A stretch of DNA of 63,461 bases, counting the filler, from Octopus bimaculoides (Eukaryota), in NCBI RefSeq assembly GCF_001194135.2. It is 6 parts of 6 records of this genome, joined end to end, with 100 filler letters (N's around TTAATTAATTAA, not from the genome) between each part and the next. Parts side by side here need not be neighbours in the genome. Positions count along the whole stretch, not along the records: positions 37,240 to 52,840 come from NC_068986.1; positions 52,941 to 61,288 come from NC_069007.1; 4 more parts are not named here. One strand, given 5' to 3'. Positions 38,641-53,490 of this stretch are shown piece after piece (the first letter of the stretch is position 1; the number at the start of each line of letters is the position of its first letter). The notes beneath the pieces are model-generated. The model searched no databases. It had not been told where the DNA came from and saw only the letters and a list, made by a program, of their open reading frames with translations. The position numbers were made by a program, and so were the translations under genes.

Positions 38641-41555
38641 TACCATGGGCTATTTACAGTTTCTGTCACACCAAATCCACTCACAAGTCTTTTGTTGACC
38701 TACAACTAGTAGGGACTCAACCTGTGACCATGTGGCTGGGAAGCAAACTTCTTACCACATGGCCACGTATAGAAATAAGTCTTTTTTGTTTTTTCATTGG
38801 ATTCTCACAACTGGAACATCCTTCTTAATGGCTAATCTCTGTACTTATTTTTTCTTGTCTACTTAGATCTAATTTGAGTTTTAGTTTTCCTGTCATCTAC
38901 TGTAGCATATAACTATTTCAAAATAAGAAGAATATATTAAATTGTTCCTATTTGAAGTAAATAATGGTCATGCAAGATAAACTTTGGTTTGCTGTTGAAA
39001 CTTCCTTCTAAAGCGAGGCTTTTTTTTTTTTTCTTTACCTATTTTGTTTTAGCTTCATTTAGGGGCAAGCACACAACTCTTAAATTCCCTGTGGGTTGAA
39101 AACAGAGAATTGCTAACATTTGTTGCCCCTTCTGCCTTAGAACTGCTGTAGGTCAGTTGCTGGGGAAGGGTAAATCTTTTGCTTGGAAGAAAGAATGAGG
39201 AAGCCTAGGAGAGGGTACAGGCCTCTAACTAAGCATGTCAGAAGCTTAGAATGGGTGGCAGTTTAGATTGCTATCTTCAATTCCATTATAATTCTATTCA
39301 TTCAAACTATGGTGTCATAAAAAAAAAACAACAAAAAGCTTCATGTAAGTAAACAAAAACAAAAGATAATAATGAACAAAAAGAACCCCCCCAAAAAAAC
39401 AAAGCTTATTTATTTGTTGGTTTACTCCAACAGCACATGGTCCTGATTTTAGCTCAGTATCAAATGACTGTCTAATTCTAACAATCTAGCAGCTGTTTGG
39501 AATTGCCGAAATAAACTAACAACATTGGATGTTGTCAAGGAAATAAAATGTTGGCCTCTATGTACACCAGTTCCAAGTTCACTTACTCTTGTAAGTTTAT
39601 CTCTTGTAGTCTGCCACTCAACCATTTAGTTCTTTCACTCATCTTTTAACTTTTTTCCTCTTTAAATGCCTGGTTCACCTTCTAACTTTTCTTTCATTTC
39701 CATAACTTAGCCTCCACTCTGTGTGTGTGTGCGTGCATATTTTTTTTTCTTTCATTTTTTGTTATTTTTAGGCTTTTTAGCAATAGCCATACTCTTTAAA
39801 TATAAGATTGCCTGCCATAACTTGCTGCCATCTTGTTAGATTATTCAAATTGCAATGCTAGATTACAAAATGATATTTTAGTCTTGTTTTCAAATTAAAC
39901 CTAATGGTAATTCTTAAAAAAACAAAAAAATCATTTCCATTAAGTTCAGTCTTCAAATGGTTTATACTTTATTTATTATATAAAATACAGCCAGTTTTAT
40001 ATTTCTATACCTTATTACATTAACACTATCACTGCCAAAGCTATAAATTAAATATATAACTGTTTGCATACACTAAACTTGTACACACTTATTTAATATG
40101 CACAAATATTTGAGTATTTTTCTCTGGTTTAAGATCAAACATTTAATTTGCTGTTATTGATGTTAGTAAATTGCATTTTCGAATGGTTTGCATTAGTTTT
40201 AGACTATTGGTAGGTCAAAATTTTCTGATGAGAAATTATGTTTTATAACTTTATTTAACTTTGTTTACAACAATTTCATTTTACTTCTCTTTCTCTCTTT
40301 AACCGTTTATACGTGTACATATATATACACACATACACACACACTCTACACTCTTTAAAATGTTTTTAAAGATACACTAAAAGTTTTCACTATTTTGTTT
40401 TCTAATTACCAGCTGCATACTTGTTTATCATTTTAGCTTCAATTTTAAATAATACATGCAATCACAAACACAGCCATAGAATTCGGTAATTAATTTTAAG
40501 GAATTTCTATTATCACCACAAGGTGGTAATGTCAGCTTACTTTCTTTTACCTATAATTATGGCAGGTCTTATTTATATCTTCTTCTTCTCTGCTTCAAGC
40601 GCGTGTTGTTCTTTTGTTAATGATAACACTTTGTCAGGCATTCATCAACCGAGAGTGTAAATAAAATTAAACAAGGTGAAAATTTAATGACTTCTTTTCT
40701 TCATTTTTCATTGACTGTTGATGATTTTTGAGACATCGTCTTAAGGTGCTTGCATTTTGTCTTATACATTAGGAAGTTTTTTTTATTTTTTATTTTATCA
40801 TGTCTTTCCCCCCACCCAACACTTCTTATCTTTCTAATTTCTAGCATGAAATAGCAGCTATTTAGTCATTCACATAAGTTTCTTGAAATGAAAGATCAAT
40901 TAGGTTTTTTTTTTTTCTTCTTCTCATTTTCAAGAATTCATAATGGAATCTATTAAGAACTCCAGTGTTGTCTGCAACAACTTTTTGACTTCAATATTGT
41001 TGCAGTGTTACTACTTATTCCTTCCTTATTCTACACTAACGCCCCCTACAGGCATTCATTTTGACCACAGATTATTATCTGACAGACAATCTTCTTAAAA
41101 CTTCTTTAGTATCAACCAGCATCTGGTTTATGTGGTTTTCTTTTTTTTTTTTTTACTTGGTTCTTACTCATTTACCACCCACAGACCTTACCTACCTTAC
41201 TCATTTACCTACCTTCTCTTCTTTGCTAATTTGGGTCAACCATCAATGGGAGCAAAAAGGATTACCTTCTTCTATGTAACATTAACATCTGGCATTTATT
41301 GCACTTCTCTGAGATTTTCCGTTTTTGAGGTGACTGAGGTGAGGTTACTTTACATCTTACCTTGTATCCTCCTCCTCCTCATCACCATCATCATCATCAT
41401 CATCATCATCATCACCACCACCACCACCACCACCACCACCATTCCCTGTTGCTTCCTGATAGGGATCAATCAGAATTTTTTATCCATGACACTACTATCA
41501 TGAGTCCCCAAAGTTTTCTTTTCAAACTTAAAAGCTAAGTTCACTTTTATGGTAG

Positions 41556-41790
41556 AACCCTTTAGCATTCAGTAAATTAATTACTCTGTTGTCAAATGCA
41601 AGGCTTATTTCTTCACATTGTTTTGAATTAACCATGCATTTATCTTGTAGCCAAGAGGTTTCAATGAGGCGATTAGCTATTCTTAGAATGACATTGTAGG
41701 GTAGGTGCAAGAGACTGGATCTGGCTTCTTTGACCATAAAACAGGTAGAATATTTAGATTGGATATGGCTGGTTCAAATGCTAAAGGGTT
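41556..41790. mobile_element. MITE with 14-bp perfect TIRs (piggyBac-like CCC..GGG ends)
   Basis: AACCCTTTAGCATT ... AATGCTAAAGGGTT; the TTAA target duplication is not preserved. Confidence 0.8.
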
Positions 41791-42509
41791 GAGAGAGATA
41801 GAGAGAAAGGTGAGAAGGAATTATTCATTGACTGACTTTATGAATCCTGCTTTCACCTTAATGTGTGTGTCCTAGGTGTCTGTTGCTATCAGTGATATAT
41901 ATCTATCTGCCAAGTGTTCCCCTTATTGAGGTGGTGCCCTTCAGGCATATTAACCTTGTTGAAGTGGAATTCACTTTCACCTGTGTATGTGTGCATGTAC
42001 ATACACAACCATAACCCTTCAAGTATGCTGGGAGTGCAAATGTGCTTTTCAAAGTGAAAATATAACAAAAATTTGACACATAATTTTTCAAAAAAAATAA
42101 ATAAATAAATAAATAAACATAGAGAAATTATTTCTGGCTGTTTATACAACTTACTCCAGCTATTTCCATGACAACAGACTAGATACAATAATAACACAAA
42201 TACTGAAAAGAAGAAAAAACATTGGGAAGGTGAGGGGTGCCCTCCTATTCAATATCTACCACTTATCACAAGAGTATAGATAACAGTTCAAATATAAATC
42301 TATTATGTGTTGTTACATTGGTTTACTCACAGATGTAAATCATAGGTGTTGCATTTAATTCTTGAAGTACTTTTCTGCCCCCCCCTCTCTCTTTCTCTCT
42401 CCACTCACTCCCCTCTGTGCTGAGTCTCATCACTCTTCCTCTTTGTTTTCATCTTTTTTTTTTTATTTAGAAACAATTTTTAACCTACATCTACCACTTT
42501 GCTCTCATA

Positions 42510-42547
<38 letters not shown>

Positions 42548-43231
42548 CTATATTTCTAGGCTTTTGAGACTACAGACTATAAAGATAGTCAATCTTCTAT
42601 ATGAGAAATTCTAATAGAATCGATAACTTCAATGGGAGAGGGTAATTTTATAATCCCTGTGAGGACATATCAAAAAGGGACAGAACAGGGTCCCTTTAGT
42701 CTAAAACAGAAGAAACTGTTTTGTTCTTGTGACACAGTAAGAACCAAACAGTTCTTCCAATCAGACTTTTCTCAACCTCACACACACACATGTTCTCTTT
42801 ATCCTTTTATTGATTGCTGGCACTGGAGAGCAGCCATACTGGGATACCACCTGCAAAGGTTTTAGTCAATTATGTAAAATGCACCAAATACTACTTATTT
42901 TATTAATTGCTATTTATTAGATAACCAGTTCTTTTTCAAATATAAAAGGTTGACATGCAAGGTACCAGAGTGCACCAGTAAATAAATATACAGCTGCACA
43001 TATGCATGCACATACATACAAATTCAGACAAAACATTGGCAAATTTGAGGCTACTATAGAAGATGGTAAGATCAACACCAGTACTACACCTATTTCATCA
43101 CTCCTTCCTACAAATAAAGTGGCAGCAACACATCCCAAGGATACTTACACCACTTCAGTATGAAAGTGAGGTCATGAAGGTCTGCAAACATCAATGAATT
43201 TGAAAACTTTACTGTTCTGAACATGTTATAC

Positions 43232-43700
43232 TCTTTATTCTCTTTTACTTGTCTCAGTCATTTGACTGCGGCCATGCTGGAGCACCGCCTTTAGTCGAGC
43301 AAATCGACCCCAGGACTTATTCTTTGGAAGCCTTGTACTTATTCTATCGGTCTCGTTTTGCCAAATCGCTAAGTTAAGGGGACATAAACACACAAGCATC
43401 GGTTATCAAGCGATGTTGGGGGGACAAACACAGTCACTCAAACATACACACACACATATATATGTATATACATATATACGACGGGCTTCTTTCAGTTTCC
43501 GTCTACCAAATCCACTCACAAGGCTTTGGTCGGCCCGAGGCTATAGCAGGAGACACTTGCCCAAGGTGTCACGCAGTGGGACTGAACCCAGAACCATGTG
43601 GTTGGTAAGCAAGCTACCAAAGAATAAGTCCTGGGGTCGATTTGTTCGACTAAAGGCGGTGCTCCAGCATGGCCACAGTCAAATGACTGAGCAAATTGTT
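43232..43700 (-). mobile_element. SINE family A copy plus an inverted duplicate of its 3' end
   Basis: Minus-strand copy at 43232-43620 is followed by + strand AAGAATAAGTCCTGGGGTCGATTTG..CAGCATGGCCACAGTCAAATGACTGAG. Confidence 0.85.
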
Positions 43701-44525
43701 AAAGAATTCTACCTAAAAAATGTGTCACACAAATGAGGTATTCACACTAGTTTTATCTATTTTATTAAATCACATATATATTTAATTATCTTTGGCAGAA
43801 CATATTCTAAAATATGAACAGTACAGAGACGATTTACATGTCCCCCCCCCCCTGCTTTGGATCAAGTGAGGGTTGGCAAAAAGAAAGGTATCCAGCTGTA
43901 GAAAAATCTATCTTAAAACAAATTCTGATTAACTCCTGCTAGCATGGAAAAGTGGAAGTTAAAACAATGATGGTGGTGGTGGTGGCAGTGGCGATGGTGT
44001 TAAGGAGTGGGGTTGGTGGTAATGGTGGTGATGATGGCTATTATTATATGAATAAAAGCTTCGTCCATTTTGCGAGTGATTTTTCCCATATTTTGATCTA
44101 AATTCACTACTTGTTCTCTTTAACTTGATTGTTACATTTTCTGCTATTGAGCTTGCTTGGGTTTTTTTTTTCTTCTTTTTTCTTTTTGTTTGTAGTTTCC
44201 ACATGTCTGTGTCTTTATATAATGCCTGTCATATTTAGGAAAAGAAAAGCTGGCCTTGCTGCAACAAAGCATTGTTGGTTTTGTTTTTGTGCCTGAATAA
44301 GCAGGATTTTATAGATCTGGTGTACTCTTCTCCAAATTCATTTATTTTTTTATTTTTATAAAGAATAACAATATGTCTGTAGGTAGGATAGGCTAAGGAT
44401 GTGGAGTGGGTTGGGCTTATGTAAAATGTCACACACAGTCCTAACAAAACCAATTGTAGGCATCTCTTTCAGTCTGATCATACTAGTCTTGACACTTTTA
44501 CTGCTTTTTAACAACAACAGATGTA

Positions 44526-44583
<58 letters not shown>

Positions 44584-45521
44584 AAATAGAAAAAAAAAGT
44601 GGCAGAATACCAGAGCACTAACCTCAATACTCACTTGGCTTGACTTCGTTAATAAGCTTCTGTGGGTTCAATCAAGCGAAGTCGGTTCAATCCAACTTGA
44701 CAGCTTATGTTTTGCCTTTGACCATTTGGCGCTTGTGCTTGTGTTGTAAAGAACTGACATGGTTTTGTTGAAAAGACTGAACTGAATTGTAGAGAGTGAA
44801 GAAAAATAGAGCAGCTTACTTTAGAGTGGGTAGGGTGTTCTATTCATGATCATAAGGTTGTGGATTCAATTCCTGGTCTGGATGGCATGTTGTGCTCTTG
44901 AACTAAGCACTTTGTTTCACATTGCTCTAACCTACTCAGTTGTAATGGGTACTAGCTGAGTGAGTGTTTTGGTGCAGCCCTCTTTTTCCTTCCATTTGTC
45001 TCATCCTGGTTCTATCACTGAGTGAAGGGTGAGAGGTCTGAGAAGGTGTCTGTGATGTGATGTTTTGCTGGTGACTATATGTACACCTAAAACTACTAAT
45101 GAAGCCAATACTGTCATGCCATACTTTTGAGTGGATGGCTGGCTAGAGAACTGTTATATGGGTATTGCCAAAGCTTGGATGAGTTGTAGAGCACTGTTAT
45201 GTTGTTGGTGGAGAGGGGAGTTGGCTGCAATGATGATTTTAATGGTCATTCTTGCCCATGCCCATAAATAGACTATGGAATTAGTAGAGTCGAAACCGGT
45301 ATCATATACTGTGTTAATATTGAAAGCAATTTGCTATGCATTTAAAAAAATAATTATTGTTGTTAAATAATTATCAACAGAACCAATTGTTGATAATCAT
45401 TCCATTCTTATGGATAGGAAATAAATTGAAAGCTTGGATTAACTGTAAGCATTCCTCATCTTTTAGAAACTGTATTGCATACAATTATTTTCGCCAGTTG
45501 TTGGAAAATTAACAGCTCAAT

Positions 45522-45570
<49 letters not shown>

Positions 45571-45754
45571 CGTGTGTGTGTGTACGTGCGTGTGTGTGTG
45601 TACATATATAAGAAATTATGTAACAGCTTACAGCTGTTTCTGATATAAGGTTCAATGCTTTCATAGTTGAATGCTTGTGTATCACTTTATAAGTTTTGCT
45701 GAAGCTTCAAAAATGAAGTGTGTGTGTGTGTGTGCATGCACGTATCTATGCACC

Positions 45755-45789
<35 letters not shown>

Positions 45790-47122
45790 ATATGATATGT
45801 ATGAATATAAAAATAGGCAAATCAGGGGGCTGGCAATAGGAAAGGCATCTAGTAATAAGTAAAGCACAGCCTCATTCATACAGCTTATATATCCCATGCC
45901 AATGTGGTAGAAGTGATATAAAGCAATGATGTTTATATGCTATATCAAAGTTATATAATCACAATCATCATTTCATTTATGTTCTCTTCTTGAATGGCAA
46001 TACTCTACTTGACTTAATATTCATCTATTACTCGTTGTTGTTGTTGTTAGTGGTGGTGGTGGGATGTTATAGGAACACAGTTTAACATGGAGCCAAAACC
46101 ACTGGTTGTGAATTGACAATAATAAATATATCTACTTAGAGATGTTGTTGAGTCAGTGTTTGATCTGTATCGCATAGGAAGTATTTAACTCTGTTTTCAT
46201 GTCTTTCTTTATATCACTTTAGTCTATTTAACAATACTAGTGTTACTACTAAGTACATATATCATAGTGCTATCAACTTACTGCTTAGGATTTCCCTATA
46301 TAATTTATAGACAGTGCGCTGTAATTCTCCTGGTAATGGAAAATATTGTCTTAATAGTAGTATCAGCTAATCACTAACTCAAATTGCAGCCAAAGTCTAT
46401 TGCGATCGATACATTTGGTAAAAGCACACATACAGGATTTCTTCCATTGATCTTTGTTGATCTTCTTATAGCTTAAAGTGGTAACAAGATTGCTGGACTG
46501 TCTTCGTTGGATTGATTTATTGTGCTAATGACTTATGAATTTTTTCTTATACATTCCTGTTAAATTGAGCAAAAGAAATCCCTGTGCTTTCAGTTTCAGA
46601 AACAGTGCAAGTTAGCTAACGTTTCATAGCTATTAGGATCTGTTTAAATATAACAACAGCCTCTTTTAAATCTGCTTTGTGCATCAAAGAAAGAGCTTCC
46701 ATTTCATACAAGTTTCAGATTCCATCNNNNNNNNNNNNNNNNNNNNNNNNNNNNNNNNNNNNNNNNNNNNNNNNNNNNNNNNNNNNNNNNNNNNNNNNNN
46801 NNNNNNNNNNNNNNNNNNNNNNNNNNNNNNNNNNNNNNNNNNNNNNNNNNNNNNNNNNNNNNNNNNNNNNNNNNNNNNNNNNNNNNNNNNNNNNNNNNNN
46901 NNNNNNNNNNNNNNNNNNNNNNNNNNNNNNNNNNNNNNNNNNNNNNNNNNNNNNNNNNNNNNNNNNNNNNNNNNNNNNNNNNNNNNNNNNNNNNNNNNNN
47001 NNNNNNNNNNNNNNNNNNNNNNNNNNNNNNNNNNNNNNNNNNNNNNNNNNNNNNNNNNNNNNNNNNNNNNNNNNNNNNNNNNNNNNNNNNNNNNNNNNNN
47101 NNNNNNNNNNNNNNNNNNNNNN

Positions 47123-47160
<38 letters not shown>

Positions 47161-47540
47161 GAGGCGCAATGGCCCAGTGGTTAGGGCAGCGTACTTGCGA
47201 TCATAGGATCGTGGTTTCGATTCCCAGACCGGGTGTTGTGGGTGTTTATTGAGTGAAAACACCTAAAGCTCCACAAGGCTCTGGCAGGGGATGGTGGCGA
47301 ACCCTGCTGTACTCTTTCACCACAACTTTCTCTCACTCTTCCTGTTTCTGTTGTGCCTGTAATTCAAAGGGTCAGCCTTGTCACACTGTGTCACACTGAA
47401 TATCCCCGAGAACTACGTTAAGGGTACACATGTCTGTGGAGTGCTCAGCCACTTGCACGTTAATTTCATGAGCAAGCTGTTCTGTTGATCGGATCAACTG
47501 GAACCCTTGACATCGTAAGTAATGGAGTGCCAACAACAAC
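47161..47540 (+). mobile_element. tRNA-derived SINE, family C, with (AAC)n tail
   Basis: GGCGCAATGGCCCAGTGGTTAGGGCAGCG..GGTTTCGATTCCC head with A/B boxes, a unique body and a CAACAACAAC tail. Confidence 0.8.
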
Positions 47541-48279
47541 ATATATGTGTGTGTTGATTCATTAGAATTGATAAATTATAGAACTCAGTACAAAAGTAGA
47601 GTATTCTTTGATACATTATAACTGGAAGGCTCTGAGTACTCTGAGTATTGGAAGAGTCGTTCAGTTATAATGTATTATGTATATATATATATATATATAT
47701 ATATCTCAATTCTTTCTGTCATAGAATGTAGGCTCAAAACATCAACTACTTTTCCATTCCTAAGTGTCAAACTAATACACCTGCTCATTGCTCCTTCACC
47801 TGTCTTCGTCTTTTGTTTTCTATAAATTTGAACTATATATATTCACATATAGTTATTTGTCTTTTTATATTTTTTATATTTACATATATATTTACTATAT
47901 ATATTTACACATAGTTATTTGTCTTCTCTATCTCAGAAATCTTCTCCAGTACTGTAAGGTCTTGTTCAGTTCTGATTTACTCAAGAACTCGTTCCTACCT
48001 TGAAATCTAGTCTCTTTTTTTGTAATAATCTTGTTTTAAGTATTCCAGTATAAGCCATCACAATCCCAACTAACCATTTAAACACAGTTTTATTCAAAAA
48101 CTAGTAACAGGGGTAGAGTGAGCACCAAAGGTTATACCATAAAATTCATGAGTATGAATATGTTCTTATACTGTCAGACAAATTGGAATCTGACATTTGC
48201 AGAACAACTCTTTAAGAGAGAAATTTTGTTTTTCAGTTTATACTTCCCTACATTCCAAATGACAATACCGCTTCTTCTT

Positions 48280-48322
<43 letters not shown>

Positions 48323-49075
48323 TCTTTCTCTCTTTCCTCAACTCTCAGGTCCCCAAAAATGTTAATTTCTATACTTCTCATGACAATGAACTTACCAAAC
48401 TCCTCTCTTTGAACACGTAATATTTATTTAAGCATATATAGTTGAATTCTTGAACATGCTAAATTCACTTCTTTCTTTCTTTCTTTTTTTCCTGTTTTTT
48501 TTTTTTTTTTTTTTTNNNNNNNNNNNNNNNNNNNNNNNNNNNNNNNNNNNNNNNNNNNNNNNNNNNNNNNNNNNNNNNNNNNNNNNNNNNNNNNNNNNNN
48601 NNNNNNNNNNNNNNNNNNNNNNNNNNNNNNNNNNNNNNNNNNNNNNNNNNNNNNNNNNNNNNNNNNNNNNNNNNNNNNNNNNNNNNNNNNNNNNNNNNNN
48701 NNNNNNNNNNNNNNNNNNNNNNNNNNNNNNNNNNNNNNNNNNNNNNNNNNNNNNNNNNNNNNNNNNNNNNNNNNNNNNNNNNNNNNNNNNNNNNNNNNNN
48801 NNNNNNNNNNNNNNNNNNNNNNNNNNNNNNNNNNNNNNNNNNNNNNNNNNNNNNNNNNNNNNNNNNNNNNNNNNNNNNNNNNNNNNNNNNNNNNNNNNNN
48901 NNNNNNNNNNNNNNNNNNNNNNNNNNNNTGTGTGTGTGTGTGTGTGTAAATATATAAAAACAAAAAGATAAAGAAAGCAATGGTAAGGTTGAAGAAGTAT
49001 TTTATGGATAGAGTCTTACAGCTGTTTCTGGGAAGATCCAGTACTTCCCTTCATCGGAGACAGAAAAAAATAAAG

Positions 49076-49114
<39 letters not shown>

Positions 49115-51698
49115 CCTATATAATGATGTGTAATTGTAAGATCCAGGATTCTAGGTGTAAATATTTAGTAAGTTTTGAACAGTCCATATCATCATCATCA
49201 TCATCCTTTAATGTCTACTTTCCATCCTGGCATGGGTTGGACAGTTTGACATGGGACTGGTCAGCTGGCAGCTGTCCAGACTCCATATTTTTATAAACAC
49301 AAAGACAAAGTAAGAAAAAGAAAACAAACAGGATGTATTAGGTTAATGTTCAGGAGATGCTTAAACATTTTGAGCATATGCTCTTCTTTGGAAAGGGTAG
49401 ATGAGCAGAGAAAAAAAATAGAGAGGAAAGAACAAATGTGTTTCAATTAGATGATCACTATATATATATATATGATGAGCTTCTTTCATTTTCTGTTTAC
49501 CAAATCCTCTCATAAGGCTTTGGTTGGCCCAGGGCTATATAATAGAAGATAGTTACTTAAGGTGCCATGCAATAAGATTGAACCCAGAACCCTGTAGTTG
49601 GAGAGCAAACTTCTTTCTACACATCCATACTACATAATATATTGTTTCTCTTCAAGAATTCCAACTAACCTTTTAAACTTTTTACTGTAATCTTTCAAGT
49701 CCCCCCTCCCCCCATTTAATACGGCTCTATGTTATATCAACTTGTAAAGAATTATGTATCCACATTAATTTTTATAGTAATTTAAATCATATTGCTTTAA
49801 TGCCCTCTTTAAAAATACTATTTATATAATGTAAATAAAATTTATGAAATATGTACATAAATTTTACTTTATTTTTATCAGAAAATATTTTTAAAAGATT
49901 ATTTTTATCAAATTTTTCTACACATTTTCCCAGTGAAACCTGATTCTTCATTTTTCTGTCAAATTCTCTAATTTCAATTAAATTTTTCATGTGATGTAAA
50001 TTCCTACTTCTAGATTATTTCTTCTAATTTTTATTAACCATGATTTTTTTTTCCTTTATATATTTTACCAAATAAATGAAGTATTAAAAAAAAAAAAAAA
50101 CCCCAGAAGTTTGAAAGATTCATTTTACCAAAATATTACTTATGCCTATTTTTGAATCGTGCATCAGGATTGGCTAAAATTAACTAGCATTATCATTAAC
50201 AGTTACATGAATTTTGTTATGAAAATATATAAATCCATAATTTGGTGCAAGGAGACATATTTGAACAAATAAAATGTGTGTTGCTATTATTCCCCTTCTC
50301 CTATTCCTTTAGTATATCTCATGATAATGTTGTTATGTCCTTAGCTTGTTTCTATGTTATTGCCAGTTCTACCCCTCCCCATTACCAGTCTATTTTACAT
50401 ACTCCCAACATTTGAACCTACTGTTTTATAAATGAAAATGGCAAAATGTGATTATTGGTTGATCGTTAAGGGAAGCTCACATCTAGCAGCAGAGCTCTTG
50501 TGTTTACACGAAAACACTTTTGGAGAGCTGCCTTACGATTTTAAATTGGGGTTTATTAGAGCAGGTGTCTTTACAACTGAATGCTTTTTCTCCTGCCAAC
50601 AATTTTTAATGAGAAGTTTACTGCATGGCATACTGCATTTTTCTGTTTAACATTCTGAATTCTCAGTATTTTTTTATTATTTCATTTTATTTTATTTTTT
50701 CTTAATTTGCATATGATTTTTACTTGTTTATAGCAGATCTCTAGTTCAAAATGAGGTGGGGGTTATAAGCATGTGATAAAGGGTGGTGGAGAGTAATGTA
50801 GATAAAAATAAACGGCTGTATTGATACACTCTCTCTCTTTCTCTCTTTCTCTCTATCATTTAAGAGAAGCATATTGCTTTATTTAAGAGAATAGGATATC
50901 AAATAGGCAATGCTCAAGAATTGGGCAATGTGGATAGAGTGTGTCTAGCAAGCAGAAAGAGCTTTTTACTAACAACCTGGGGAATTGTTTTGATAGTTTG
51001 AACATGATGTTAGCTTTTTGTTGTATATATTGTTACACTTCAGAAATACATGAAAGCAAATAAGGTATCCAGCTCTTCCCTGTTAATCATTGAAAACTGG
51101 AAAAGGTTGGTTGATATGTGCCTTTGTTATCTTATTATAGGAGGCATTCATGGAAGTTTTCTGATAAAGCTTTTGTTCTCAGACCTAGCAACTTGATTTA
51201 TGACATACATTGAAGTATTCAACTTGCTTGGCTGATGGTGGCCATCTACCCAGGAAAATAAGCTGATGCTGTGTGGGGTGGTTTTGCAAACCTGATTAAT
51301 TATCAGACAATTCTCTCTACAATGACTACTCAAGCCCATAGTGGTGGCAGCGGCGGTGGTGCTGGTGCTGGTGGTCAGACTCTCTGGTCGCTTGGTGGCC
51401 AAATTTCCCTCCAATCATATGCTATTGTCTGAGAAAATGAAAACCAATATTGGATAAAATATTCCCTGATATACAAAAAGATAGGATATGATGGTCATGT
51501 CTGGATTTTGAAACTCATCCATAATCAATAAATTAGATTGATATGTTACCTTCCACACTCATTCTGTTGATGGTCAAAACTGAAACTCAGTATGTGCTGT
51601 TACATAATCTGGTGGAGAGGTTTGTGTGTGTGTGTGTGTGTGCATGCATGTGTATATGTGTATATATNNNNNNNNNNNNNNNNNNNNNNNNNNNNNNN

Positions 51699-51757
<59 letters not shown>

Positions 51758-52169
51758 AGTTAATAAATTGTATGGTTTACACCTAGGTCGAAACAATTGT
51801 AGTGATCAATAAAGATTCTTGTATGTTCCAGCTTTCATCTTTCTCATTGTATCTATATATTATTTATTGCATTCATAGCTCAGAAGCTACACCAGTAACT
51901 TAGTCACCCTGTGTTTAATGCAAAAGTCTTATCTAACTCTTTACTGTTTGCGTGCGCATGTGTGTGTATAAATATGTATGTATCTGCATATGTATGGTTA
52001 TCAGAAGTAACTGACTTCAAGTTGTTTTTTTTTAAAGCCAGATCTATATAATTGAAATAGGGTACCTATCACATGATATACACCCTCCATTCCAAATGTG
52101 TCTCATGAAAATGGAATATTTCGTATTCAAATTTTGTTTGTTGTTTGTTTCTATTTGTATTCTTTTATT

Positions 52170-52695
52170 CTTTTACTTGCTTCAGTTGTTCGACTGCAGC
52201 CATGCTGGAGCACCACCTTTAGTCTAGCAAATTGACCCCAGGACTTATTCTTTGTAAGCCTAGTACTTATTCTATCAGTCTCTTTTGCCGAACTGCTAAG
52301 TTACAGCGATGTAAACACACCAGCATCAGTTGTCAAGTGATGATGGGAGTGGGGAGCAGACACACACACACACGCACACACACACACACGATGGGCTTCT
52401 TTCAGTTTCCGTCTACCAAACCCACTCACAAGTGGTAAGCCCAAGGCTATAGTAGAAGACACTTGCCCAAGTGTCTGTGTGTATCTGTTTGTTTGTTTGT
52501 CCCTCCCCACCACCTGACAACCAGTATTGGTGTGTTTACATCCATGTAAGTTAGTGTTTCAACGAAAGGGACTGATAGAATAAGTACCACACTTAAAAAA
52601 AAGGGGCACTGGGTTGATTTGTTGGGCTAAAGTTCCTGAAGGTGGTTCCCTAGCATGGCTGCAGTCTAGTGACTGAAACAAGTAAAAGATAAAAG
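52170..52695. mobile_element. Two SINE family A pieces in opposite orientation
   Basis: Minus-strand copy at ~52170-52470 and plus-strand 3' half at ~52480-52695. Confidence 0.75.
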
Positions 52696-52940
52696 ATATG
52701 TGCATGTGTTCACACACACACACACACCAACATAAGTATAGATGTATGTATGCACACACACACACACACACACTTTTGCATACATAAACATGTATGTCTA
52801 TGTATATATCTATCCATCTATCTCTCTCTTTCTCTCTCTCNNNNNNNNNNNNNNNNNNNNNNNNNNNNNNNNNNNNNNNNNNNNTTAATTAATTAANNNN
52901 NNNNNNNNNNNNNNNNNNNNNNNNNNNNNNNNNNNNNNNN

Positions 52941-52987
<47 letters not shown>

Positions 52988-53014
52988 CATATATATATAT
53001 ATATACATATATAA

Positions 53015-53051
<37 letters not shown>

Positions 53052-53244
53052 TCGCTTCCTTTGTATATCTAATGATATTTTTTTGTTTTCCTATATGCGT
53101 TTATGTTTCTGTTTGCCAGTGTATGAATTATCGCATGTCTATATTCATTTCACATGCTCGTGTGGGTGCAGCTGGGTGTACTTCTATCTGCATGGTTGCG
53201 TGTTTGTCTGTACCTTGTGTGTGCAATTCTATCTGTTTGTGTAT

Positions 53245-53275
<31 letters not shown>

Positions 53276-53286
53276 CATACACAGAG

Positions 53287-53351
53287 CATCCAGGGATATA
53301 TGGAAACCTGCATATTTTTGTGTATATCGTATTTCATTTCTATTCATATGC

Positions 53352-53410
<59 letters not shown>

Positions 53411-53490
53411 CATCCAGGTATACATGGAAACCTGCATATTTTTGTGTTTACCGTGTTTTATTTCTATTCATATGCATATGTATATATATA
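53287..53490. repeat. Tandem duplication, period about 124 bp
   Basis: CATCCAGG..TGGAAACCTGCATATTTTTGTG..TTTCTATTCATATGCATAT at 53287 and 53411, each followed by (TA)n. Confidence 0.85.

Noticed and set aside
41528-41737. ORF with F-box-like LLHLPYNVILRI
   Set aside because: It lies entirely inside the TIR-bounded MITE at 41556-41790, so the resemblance is by chance.
47161-47235. Possible functional tRNA gene
   Set aside because: It continues into a SINE body with an (AAC)n tail and has no proper acceptor stem.
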